A program made the translations under genes and the position numbers. Shown piece by piece: positions 1-7,622 of a stretch of DNA of 64,000 bases (positions are counted from its first letter, which is position 1; each line of letters begins with the position of its first letter). Where the stretch lies: NCBI GenBank assembly GCA_035717985.1, contig DASTHW010000013.1, forward strand, positions 73,436 to 137,435, read 5' to 3'. The notes under the pieces are model-generated. The model did not search any database. It was not told where the DNA came from and saw only the letters and a program-made list of their open reading frames with translations. Source of the stretch: Candidatus Saccharimonadales bacterium (GTDB lineage Bacteria; Patescibacteriota; Saccharimonadia; Saccharimonadales; UBA10212).

Positions 1-370
1 CGAAATGGACGATGATTTGGGCTAGAGCTACAACTATTAGGCCAATAACTGCAAATGTGATGGTCTTTTTAGCGCCGGCTACGGCGTTTTCGCTACCGGC
101 GCTGGTAACAAACCGCAGACCAGCCACAATTATCATTATCACGGCAATTGCTCCAGCTAGAACAGATAAGATATTGACAACATGAGCAATCGTAGCCGAC
201 AAATCGGGTCCGGCGTTAGGTGGCGGGCTAGTACAATTTGACGCCGACGAGCCGGCCACTTGGTTAACGGCACATTTGATATTGCCTACCGGCGTGTCGG
301 CTAAAGCTAAAGAAGAGCTGGCTAGTAGAGTTAAAACGGAAGACAAAATTAAAATTGTTTTTTTTATCAT
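1..370 (-). CDS. VirB2/TrbC-like T4SS pilin paralog (C-terminus cut by window edge)
   Basis: The ATG is at 368-370 (minus strand). It is absent from the ORF track because it runs off the window. My translation is MIKKTILILSSVLTLLASSSLALADTPVGNIKCAVNQVAGSSASNCTS... It shows a signal peptide and 2 Cys, then two hydrophobic helices separated by a basic loop (AGAKKTITFAVIGLIVVALAQ). The four neighbouring ORFs have the same architecture. There is a 4-nt overlap with the stop of the upstream gene. Confidence 0.6.
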   Translation of the reverse strand, partial: MIKKTILILSSVLTLLASSSLALADTPVGNIKCAVNQVAGSSASNCTSPPPNAGPDLSATIAHVVNILSVLAGAIAVIMIIVAGLRFVTSAGSENAVAGAKKTITFAVIGLIVVALAQIIVHF

Positions 371-768
371 GACAATATTTGGTCGGTTATTAGTCTAATT
401 ATAGTCCAGGCTAGGCCAATAATAATCAAGCCCACTATCGAGCTAACCATCCGTTTACGGGCATTGGCCGTACCCTCGGTACTGCCGCCGCTAGTAATTA
501 GCTGGAACCCGCTGATTAAAATCATCAGCACCGCCAGCATGCCGGCTAACACGGCTAAGATATCAACGGCAATTTGGATAATATTGACAACTGGGTTAGT
601 GGTTCCCTGGCTAGCGGCCTGCTGACAGATGGAACTGGTTTTACCGGAACCGTTCTTATAATTACAGGTCGGGGTGCTAAAAAAATTGAAGGCCAGCGCC
701 TGGCTAGCCGGCAAAATTAAAAGCCCTAGACTAAAAACGGCGGCCGCTAAAAATTTTTTAAATCGCAT
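367..768 (-). CDS. VirB2/TrbC-like T4SS pilin paralog
   Basis: 133 aa. Signal peptide ends in ASQALA. A Cys pair follows (TPTCNYKNGSGKTSSICQQ). Two TM helices flank the basic loop TANARKRMVSSIVGLIIIGLAW. This is the TrbC/VirB2 hairpin topology. Confidence 0.65.
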   Translation of the reverse strand: MRFKKFLAAAVFSLGLLILPASQALAFNFFSTPTCNYKNGSGKTSSICQQAASQGTTNPVVNIIQIAVDILAVLAGMLAVLMILISGFQLITSGGSTEGTANARKRMVSSIVGLIIIGLAWTIIRLITDQILS

Positions 769-1059
769 CTAGCTTACCCTATCAAGTACGAAGTTAACTA
801 TAGCTACGGCCGAGGCCGCTACAATGACGCCAACTAGGGCGTGGGCCAGCTGGCGCTTGGATTCCGAAATAATAGTGTCATTGCTACCGGCCCGGATATA
901 ACGAAAACCGGCAATCACCACCATCAACATGGCGATCGCCCCTACGAGCGTAAAAATGATATCTAAAATAGTCTGCAGGGTGTCACTGCCGGGGCCGCCG
1001 CTACCGCCAACCTTTGGCAGACTATGCGGACTAACTAATTGAGCCAAAAAATACAGCAT
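769..1059 (-). CDS. VirB2/TrbC-like small membrane protein (pilin paralog without Cys)
   Basis: 96 aa. Two TM helices (IIFTLVGAIAMLMVVIAGF / ALVGVIVAASAVAIVNFVL) are separated by the loop RYIRAGSNDTIISESKRQ. It abuts the neighbouring pilin genes with 0-4 nt gaps. Confidence 0.55.
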   Translation of the reverse strand: MLYFLAQLVSPHSLPKVGGSGGPGSDTLQTILDIIFTLVGAIAMLMVVIAGFRYIRAGSNDTIISESKRQLAHALVGVIVAASAVAIVNFVLDRVS

Positions 1060-1063
1060 ATAG

Positions 1064-1495
1064 CTACAGCTTATTCCCTATAAATGATACTAGCCCGCCG
1101 GCAATTAAAACCATAGCCAGTCCAATCAGCGAGTTAACTACCCGCTTTCGAGCCGAGACACCTTTTTCAGAATTACCTTGGGTAAATAAGTACTCAAAGC
1201 CGGCCACAATAATTGATATGACAGCCACGATGCCAGCTAGATATAACAGCATATCTAAAACTGCCAGGCCAATGGCCCAGGCCCCTTCCGGAAAATTCAC
1301 TCTGGGCACGCATTTGCCCAAAATATCTTTATTGCCAGTAGATATATATTCCCACCAGGTGGGGAAGCCAAAAAAGTGATGAGCCGAGTTAGCCGTATTA
1401 GGGTCGCAATTAGAGCCAACAGCCGCCATAAAAATCTGCAGTTTAACTAAAGCCGCGTACCACATCAGCCGAAAATACCCCCCGGAATTAGCCAC
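1064..1495 (-). CDS. VirB2/TrbC-like T4SS pilin paralog
   Basis: 143 aa. Contains 2 Cys (SNCDPN, GKCVPR). Two TM helices flank GNSEKGVSARKRVVNSLIGLAMV. An alternative in-frame ATG at 1465 forms an ATGA overlap with the upstream stop, so the true start is either 1495 or 1465. Confidence 0.6.
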   Translation of the reverse strand: MANSGGYFRLMWYAALVKLQIFMAAVGSNCDPNTANSAHHFFGFPTWWEYISTGNKDILGKCVPRVNFPEGAWAIGLAVLDMLLYLAGIVAVISIIVAGFEYLFTQGNSEKGVSARKRVVNSLIGLAMVLIAGGLVSFIGNKL

Positions 1496-1941
1496 TGCAG
1501 GAAGGCAAAGATAAACATAAAGACTACCAGCGCAATCACGGCATTAGCTATCCGCTTTTTGGCGTTGGCGGTCTGGGTAGAATTATCGCCGGCTATGGAG
1601 TACTGAATACCGCCAACAATAATCATGGCCGTTACAAAAATGCCGACGCCGGCGCTCAAAAAATCAACAATGATATTGATGTCTTTAGAAATCGGATTGT
1701 TGGCCGAGACGGCGTGCTGGCTCAGGCAATTATCAAATTTGTCCTCGCCACCGCCAGCCGAGCGGTTGATATTCAGGCAAGCCGTTGGCGTTTGATCCTC
1801 GCAGTCTTTCTGAGCCGTAGTATTTTTTTGATCAGCAAACTTCTGACAGGCTGGATCCACCGCTAATACTGCCGGGCTGGCCAGGCAAAAGGCTACCACT
1901 ACCGCCAAAATGATTTGTTTTAGGTTTTTTACTTTTTTCAT
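1465..1941 (-). CDS. VirB2/TrbC-like T4SS pilin paralog (4 Cys)
   Basis: The start was moved to the internal ATG at 1941 (MKKVKNLKQIILAVVVAFCLASPAVLA), which gives a clean signal peptide. The mature part has 4 Cys. Two TM helices flank TQTANAKKRIANAVIALVVFMF. Confidence 0.6.
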   Translation of the reverse strand: MKKVKNLKQIILAVVVAFCLASPAVLAVDPACQKFADQKNTTAQKDCEDQTPTACLNINRSAGGGEDKFDNCLSQHAVSANNPISKDINIIVDFLSAGVGIFVTAMIIVGGIQYSIAGDNSTQTANAKKRIANAVIALVVFMFIFAFLQWLIPGGIFG

Positions 1942-2061
1942 AACGCTTACATGAGCTTGCTTGAAATATAGCATAACCAAGCTCCAAAAGCTCTACTGGG
2001 GTGGCAACAGATTGTTAAGCTATAGTGCTTGTGCTAAAGTTTGGGTTAGTAATAATCTTTG

Positions 2062-5000
2062 ATGAGCAAATATAAAAACCTGTTTTTAATCATCCTTTTG
2101 CCGGTGGTTTTTCTGGCTACTTTTTTCGCGGTCAATCACAAGGCCCTAGCCGACAATATCAGTGACGCTAACATGAACCAAATCTGTGTCCCGCCGTACA
2201 TTTCTACCAGCCGCTCCGGCCATCACCAAATTAACGGCTGGCTAAACATAGATGTTAAAGACCGGGCTCACCTGACTGCCACCTATACGGCCGCCGGTAA
2301 CTGCGCCACACCGGCCGGCAGTGATTCCAGCTACTTCTTTGGTAATCAAACCTTCGCTCAAATTTTTCAAAATATCAGCGGTAAGGCCGGAGTTTTAGAT
2401 TTAGTAGACAACCAGGCTGATTCTGATGTCAGCTATAACGAGCCAGTCGGCTCTTCCGGCCAAGATGACACCAGGATCGACCAGTTCTCCGGCAATTTTG
2501 ACAATTTAATGCAGGATAAAACCGGCGGTCATGACGCCGTTATGAATATGGGCGACATAAAAAATGCCATTGCCAACGCCGAAGTAACTCTGGGTCTAGA
2601 GACTGACGACGTGGGCTACGGTTGCGGACCCAGCTATTGGAAGAATGAAAACTTTGTCTTAACCGACGGCAAGACCCCAGCTTGGCAGTGTGTAGATTCA
2701 ACTGACATTAGCGGTCTTGAAGGCTTTGTAATTGGCGTAGATAACTTCTCTGATTTAGATAACTTCAACATCACTTACTACGCCACTGCTAACGGCAATA
2801 CGCTGACGGTAACTCCGGTCTACAAAAACGAGCAGGGAGACCGGACTTTTACATGGTGCGGTAATCAAGGCAAATTTATCAACAAAAACTGCCAAGGTAG
2901 CTTAGTTTTGAATGCCAGCCAAAGTGATATTAACTCTCTGGGTACCGGCCAAGGCCAGTTCGCAATTAAAGACGGGAGTGGCAATACGGCTAATGTGGTA
3001 GTGGCTGGCACCGGCTCCAGCGTAGCCCAAGTCAATGGTGGCGGTGCGGTTAGCGCTACGCCTCCAGGCGGCACCAGCTCCGGCAAATCCTGCGAGGCTA
3101 ATTTTAATTTTGGCTTTGAATGGGTGGTTTGTCCTTTCCTTCGTATGCTGGACGCCGGCGCTGGCGCGCTTAATGGTTTTGTCGAAAATCAGCTGACTAT
3201 TTGTACCGGCGCTTCTGATACCACCGGGCAGTCTTGCGCTAACAATATTTTGACGCCGCAGGTACAAAATGCCTGGGCCATATTCCGCGATATCGCCTCG
3301 GCCCTGCTGGTGCTAGTCATGCTGGCCATGGTCTTTTCTCAGGCTATGGGGGGCGGCCTGCTGGACGCCTACAGCCTTAGAAAAATGCTCCCCAGGTTAG
3401 TGGCGGCCGTGATTTTGATGCAGTTATCCTGGGTGATTTTGAAATTTGCCGTTGACGTATCTAACGACTTAGGCGTAGGAATTCGAGATCTAATGTATGC
3501 GCCATTTGGCGGTCAAAGTAATATGAGCCTTCAGGGAGTGGTTAATAATGTTCTATCGGTTCACGGCGCCAAAGTTGCCGGAATAAGTGTAGCCAACGAT
3601 TCTTTTGCTTTATTCGGTGTGCTAGCTGGTTCTGTAGCTTTGGTAGCTAACCCAATCGGTCTTTTAACTTTAGGCTTTTTTGTGTTTGTCAGTCTTACTA
3701 CAGCCTTTTTGGTGCTGGTTCTGCGCAAACTGTTCATAATTATGCTGATTGTTCTGGCACCGGTGGCCTTAGTACTTTGGATACTGCCTAATACTGAAAA
3801 GTACTGGAAGATGTGGAGTTCTAACTTTTCAAAGCTTTTGGCTATGTATCCACTGATTATGGGTTTAATCGCCGCCGGGCGGATTTTTGCCTACATTACT
3901 TCCACTACCGGTAGCGGTAGCGTAACCAGTTTTGCCGATTTAGCTATCGTGCTGTTTGCTTTCTTTGCGCCTTACTTAATGCTACCCAAAGCCTTTAGCT
4001 GGGGTGGGTCGATGATGTCGGCGGCGGCCGGCCAAGTCCAAAACCGCCTACAAAAGCCGCTTATGGATAAGGGCAAGGAGGGCTTCAAGGGTATGACCGA
4101 GCGCTACCAGGGCCGGATGGGCAAAGCCTATGATCCCGGTGCTAAAGGCGTCAAAGGCTGGGGCAAAAAGGTCTTTTACAGAGTTGGGTCTGGCCACTAT
4201 AATCCACTGCCGGGCGCCCTTGGCGGTAAGCGCTCCCAGCGCCTTGCCATACAGGCTGGCGACAAATGGTCTCAAGAGCAAGACGAGCAGGCCGGAGCCA
4301 AAATTAAACGCGCCGGCGAAAAAGTGCTGGCCGAGGGCTACGATACCTACGTTAGAACTGATGATGGTAAGTATGCAAAATACCAACGTGACGCTGACGG
4401 AGAAATAATGAAAGACGCTGACGGCAAAGACATAAAAATTGAGGTAGGCTCTAAGGACGAGGCAGAGACTAAGCACCTGACCGGCGTAGCGGCTATGAAA
4501 CAAATGTGGGTCGACCTGGCCGAAGATGGCGATAAATATGAGAAGAAGATGGCAATTCGCCAGCTGACCGCTACCAGCTCCTGGCCGGAAATCCAGAGTT
4601 CATTTACTAAAAACGGTAAGCGGGTGATCGATACTGATGCCTGGGCCGATTCTATAACCACAAGCCCCGAGGATTACCCGCGGGTACTCCGAAGCCGTGT
4701 CGATGCCACGCCTCACATCGATAACGCCGCCAAGAAGGCGCTTAAGGCCGAACTTGAAAATACTGATATGGATGAGTTTGAGCAAAGACGCTTTGTTAGT
4801 GCTTTTAGGGTAGATTACGCTATTACTAAACAGCTTGACAACGAAGGCTTTGCCACTCAGAGTGATGGCTTTTGGGAAGAGGCAGCCAGAATGGCTAATA
4901 TGACAGGCGCAGACGGAGAATTAACGGCTCAAGCGCAACAGATCAGACAGCACTTGAAAGACCGCTTTTTCGCCATCCAGCAAATTGGGGGTACAGCCCC

Positions 5001-5148
5001 AGCGCAGTTACTGGGGCATTTGGCTAACGGCGGGGAACTGCAGAAAAATGTCGAATCTATATTGGGCCAAAGTGTTCAAAACTATATGCATGGGGATGGT
5101 ACACCAGGAACGCCGCCGCCCGCCCCTGAGCCAGAACCAGAGCCCTAG
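2062..5148 (+). CDS. VirB6/TrbL-like polytopic T4SS channel protein with large N-terminal exo-domain and long hydrophilic C-terminal domain
   Basis: About 1028 aa. It has a signal/anchor helix, then a Cys-containing exo-domain of roughly 340 aa. A block of at least 6 TM helices follows (about aa 400-640), then a charged tail of roughly 380 aa ending in PPPAPEPEPEP. The ATG at 2062 is preferred over the TTG at 2059. The position between the pilins and VirB3/VirB4 analogues fits VirB6. Confidence 0.6.
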   Translation: MSKYKNLFLIILLPVVFLATFFAVNHKALADNISDANMNQICVPPYISTSRSGHHQINGWLNIDVKDRAHLTATYTAAGNCATPAGSDSSYFFGNQTFAQIFQNISGKAGVLDLVDNQADSDVSYNEPVGSSGQDDTRIDQFSGNFDNLMQDKTGGHDAVMNMGDIKNAIANAEVTLGLETDDVGYGCGPSYWKNENFVLTDGKTPAWQCVDSTDISGLEGFVIGVDNFSDLDNFNITYYATANGNTLTVTPVYKNEQGDRTFTWCGNQGKFINKNCQGSLVLNASQSDINSLGTGQGQFAIKDGSGNTANVVVAGTGSSVAQVNGGGAVSATPPGGTSSGKSCEANFNFGFEWVVCPFLRMLDAGAGALNGFVENQLTICTGASDTTGQSCANNILTPQVQNAWAIFRDIASALLVLVMLAMVFSQAMGGGLLDAYSLRKMLPRLVAAVILMQLSWVILKFAVDVSNDLGVGIRDLMYAPFGGQSNMSLQGVVNNVLSVHGAKVAGISVANDSFALFGVLAGSVALVANPIGLLTLGFFVFVSLTTAFLVLVLRKLFIIMLIVLAPVALVLWILPNTEKYWKMWSSNFSKLLAMYPLIMGLIAAGRIFAYITSTTGSGSVTSFADLAIVLFAFFAPYLMLPKAFSWGGSMMSAAAGQVQNRLQKPLMDKGKEGFKGMTERYQGRMGKAYDPGAKGVKGWGKKVFYRVGSGHYNPLPGALGGKRSQRLAIQAGDKWSQEQDEQAGAKIKRAGEKVLAEGYDTYVRTDDGKYAKYQRDADGEIMKDADGKDIKIEVGSKDEAETKHLTGVAAMKQMWVDLAEDGDKYEKKMAIRQLTATSSWPEIQSSFTKNGKRVIDTDAWADSITTSPEDYPRVLRSRVDATPHIDNAAKKALKAELENTDMDEFEQRRFVSAFRVDYAITKQLDNEGFATQSDGFWEEAARMANMTGADGELTAQAQQIRQHLKDRFFAIQQIGGTAPAQLLGHLANGGELQKNVESILGQSVQNYMHGDGTPGTPPPAPEPEPEP

Positions 5149-5233
5149 ATTGATTTATATTCATAATTATGTTATTATATATCTAGCCGACGGTAAGTAG
5201 CGTTGGCTCGCTCTCCGTTTCGGAGGTAACAAC

Positions 5234-5599
5234 TTGAGCTTTGACACCACGCTAGTCATCCTCATTGCCTTGGGGCTGTGCTTTTACTTCGCTACCTCCA
5301 TCGCGGTGATGGCGGTGCGGGAGCACTTCCGCAGGCTGGTGAGCGAAAAGAAGCAGGTGGGCCACCACCTGTTCTACGGAACGCTGGCGATCCTGCTGGC
5401 GGCCTTCTTCTACTTCTGGGGCATCATCATCATGGCCACAAAGCTGAATGCCGGCCAGGAAACGGCGGTAATCATCGCCGTGATCATGCTCGGCTTTGCC
5501 CGGGCCTGCTGGCGGCGGAAGAAGAATCGCCTCATCAGCCGGCTTGCGTGCCTTGGCCTGGCGGGCCTGGCCCTGCTCCTGCTGGCCGCGGCCTTCTGA
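5234..5599 (+). CDS. Small 4-TM membrane protein encoded by a GC-rich, foreign-looking cassette
   Basis: A TTG start lies 7 nt after a GGAGG Shine-Dalgarno. The 121-aa product is all helical-hydrophobic segments with RRKKNR-type loops. Third codon positions are overwhelmingly G/C (ctg, gcc, atc, ttc), unlike the flanking genes. Confidence 0.5.
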   Translation: MSFDTTLVILIALGLCFYFATSIAVMAVREHFRRLVSEKKQVGHHLFYGTLAILLAAFFYFWGIIIMATKLNAGQETAVIIAVIMLGFARACWRRKKNRLISRLACLGLAGLALLLLAAAF

Positions 5600-5752
5600 T
5601 GGCCAGCCTTCGGGCTAGGAGCTCCGGCGGAGGTGGCACCAGAAATGGTGCACCCTCCGCCACCGTGGCAGGGATTGAGCGAACTCGCTCTCCCTGCCTC
5701 GAAAAAACGTTATCAATTGCCATAACCGTTAATCTATTAGATACTTTTACTT

Positions 5753-6760
5753 ATGGCAGTCTATAAGGTAATTCAAGATATTGAGGCTGAGGACAAACTG
5801 CTTGGCCCGCTGACTTTTAGAGGCCTGGTTTACGCCGGCGTAGCAGTACTGCTTGGCTTTATAAACTATAAACTGCTAATCAGCCCGTTAGGTGTCCTTA
5901 AGTGGCCGTTTATTTTTATCTTATTGCTCCCGATGTGCCTTTTCGGCGTACTAGCTAGCCCGCTAGGCCGCCAGCAACCGACCGAGGTCTGGCTACTGGC
6001 GCGAATTCGCTTTTTCTTAAAACCTCGTCTGCGCATTTGGGACCAATCCGGGATTAGCCAGCTGGTAAATATTACGGTGCCCAAGCGGGAGATTAAGCAG
6101 TTAACTAAAAATTTAAGCCAAAGCGAGGTAGCTAGCCGCCTGCAGGCTTTAGCCACCACCCTGGATAGCCGCGGCTGGGCGGTTAAAAACGTCAGTGTCA
6201 ACTTAAGCGCCACACCCAGCTACCTGGACGAGCTTAATTCAGACCGGCTGGTGGATGCCAGCAATGTAGTGCAAGAGGTCCCGGAGATAAACGTCCGGCC
6301 GGCCGATGATATTTTGGATGCTAAAAATAACACCACCGCTCAGAATTTTCAAACTTTGATTAATCAGGCTGAGGTAAAGCGTCGGGAGGAACTGCAAGCC
6401 CGCGTTGAGGCCGCCCGTAAGGCCGAAGCCGAGGCCGCCGAACGGGCCCGGCAGACTCAAGCCGCGGGAGCCGCGGCTATGCCGTCGGTGGCTCAAGCCC
6501 CAGCACCACAGCCAACAGCTGAAGAAGAATTCTTTACCAAGCACGCCGGCCATGACGAAAAAATCCATGATATCCGCCAAGCGCAGAGCCTGGAAGACAG
6601 AGGCAAATCAGCCATGTTGGTCCGCCGTAGTTCAAGAAGACCTACTAGAGTGACACGGCAAGGTCAAACTGCTAAACTGGAGCTAGCCCAAAGTGGTAAT
6701 GATTTAAGTGTGGCTTCTATAGCCCGGCTGGCTAATCAGCCAGGGGCTAGCCAAGCTTAA
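5753..6760 (+). CDS. PrgI-family / VirB3-like T4SS membrane protein with long charged C-terminal region
   Basis: The N-terminus is MAVYKVIQDIEAEDKLLGPLTFRGLVYAGVAVLLGF..., followed by a second TM helix. From memory this matches the PrgI-family signature (short cytosolic start, ED-K-hydrophobic-GPLT, two TMs). It lies directly upstream of VirB4. Confidence 0.55.
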   Translation: MAVYKVIQDIEAEDKLLGPLTFRGLVYAGVAVLLGFINYKLLISPLGVLKWPFIFILLLPMCLFGVLASPLGRQQPTEVWLLARIRFFLKPRLRIWDQSGISQLVNITVPKREIKQLTKNLSQSEVASRLQALATTLDSRGWAVKNVSVNLSATPSYLDELNSDRLVDASNVVQEVPEINVRPADDILDAKNNTTAQNFQTLINQAEVKRREELQARVEAARKAEAEAAERARQTQAAGAAAMPSVAQAPAPQPTAEEEFFTKHAGHDEKIHDIRQAQSLEDRGKSAMLVRRSSRRPTRVTRQGQTAKLELAQSGNDLSVASIARLANQPGASQA

Positions 6761-6797
6761 ATAGATAAACAAAAATCCGCTGGGGCGAGGGTAAAAA

Positions 6798-7622
6798 ATG
6801 GAAAACTCTCCCAATAATCCGGCTCTTGGCGCAAGCACCGCCCAACCTCCGGCTCAAGGCGGCCCCGCTCAGCCGGCTGTTAAGAATAACCCCAACAGCA
6901 CTCAAAACACCCTGCTGGTCAGCGAAGTCCGCGACGGCATTGTGATTATGAATGACGGCACTTTTCGGGCCGTAATTATGTGCAAGTCCATCAACTTTGA
7001 TCTGATGAGCCCGCAGGAAAGAGAAGCGGTAGAGTTTAGTTATCAGGGCTTTATTAACTCACTTTATTTTCCGATTCAAATTCAAATCAGAAGCCAAAAA
7101 GTAGACCTTAGACCGTATTTGGAAAAGCTGGATAAAATCCGCTCTGAGCATGAAAACATGCTACTCGCCCTTTTGATGGAAGACTACATTACCTTTCTAG
7201 GAAGTATTGCTCAGCAGACCAACATTATGGATAAGAAATTCTATGTGGTGATTGAGTATCCGGACCCCGATGAAAAGGCCCGTAGCGCCGTCAACCAGTC
7301 CAAGGGCTTTTTCAGCGGCCTGGCCGGCCTATTTACACCTAACAAATCGCCGCAGATAACTATTAATGAAGCCCTACTAGAAGCCGGCAAGACCGAGCTA
7401 CGCAACCGTGTGCAAGCGGTTATGCAGGGGCTCCAGCAGTGCGGCATCCAAAGTCTGCCGCTGGACACTCAAGAGTTGATTGAGCTTTACTACGACGCCT
7501 ACAATCCAGATACCGCCACCCGCCAGCAATTAAAAAATTTCGATGATATGAACACACCGGTAGTAACTAAGGGTACCGGACAAGCCCCCCAGCCAAAACT
7601 TGATAGGGAGGTGCCGGCCTGA
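6798..7622 (+). CDS. Protein resembling the N-terminal domain of Gram-positive VirB4-family ATPases (split virB4, part 1)
   Basis: 274 aa. The segment VSEVRDGIVIMNDGTFRAVIMCKSINFDLMSPQEREAVEFSYQGFINSLYFPIQIQIRS resembles, from memory, the N-terminal module of TrsE/PrgJ/Tn916-Orf16-type VirB4 proteins. Its stop overlaps the ATG of the next ORF (TGATG, 1 nt shared). Confidence 0.5.
   Translation: MENSPNNPALGASTAQPPAQGGPAQPAVKNNPNSTQNTLLVSEVRDGIVIMNDGTFRAVIMCKSINFDLMSPQEREAVEFSYQGFINSLYFPIQIQIRSQKVDLRPYLEKLDKIRSEHENMLLALLMEDYITFLGSIAQQTNIMDKKFYVVIEYPDPDEKARSAVNQSKGFFSGLAGLFTPNKSPQITINEALLEAGKTELRNRVQAVMQGLQQCGIQSLPLDTQELIELYYDAYNPDTATRQQLKNFDDMNTPVVTKGTGQAPQPKLDREVPA

Noticed and set aside
2865-4785. 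Several antisense or alternative-frame ORFs inside the VirB6-like gene (2865..3086, 2902..3267, 4048..4503, 4130..4408, 4347..4661, 4600..4785)
   Set aside because: They are fully nested in a long, coherent 1028-aa reading frame. They have low-complexity or Arg/Ser-rich translations and no ribosome-binding sites.
5278-5766. 162-aa Gly/Pro/Arg/Ala-rich ORF and the antisense 5535..5723 ORF
   Set aside because: These are typical shadow frames generated by a GC3-rich gene. The +1 frame (5234..5599) has the SD, the hydrophobic helices and the GC3 signature, so only that frame is called.
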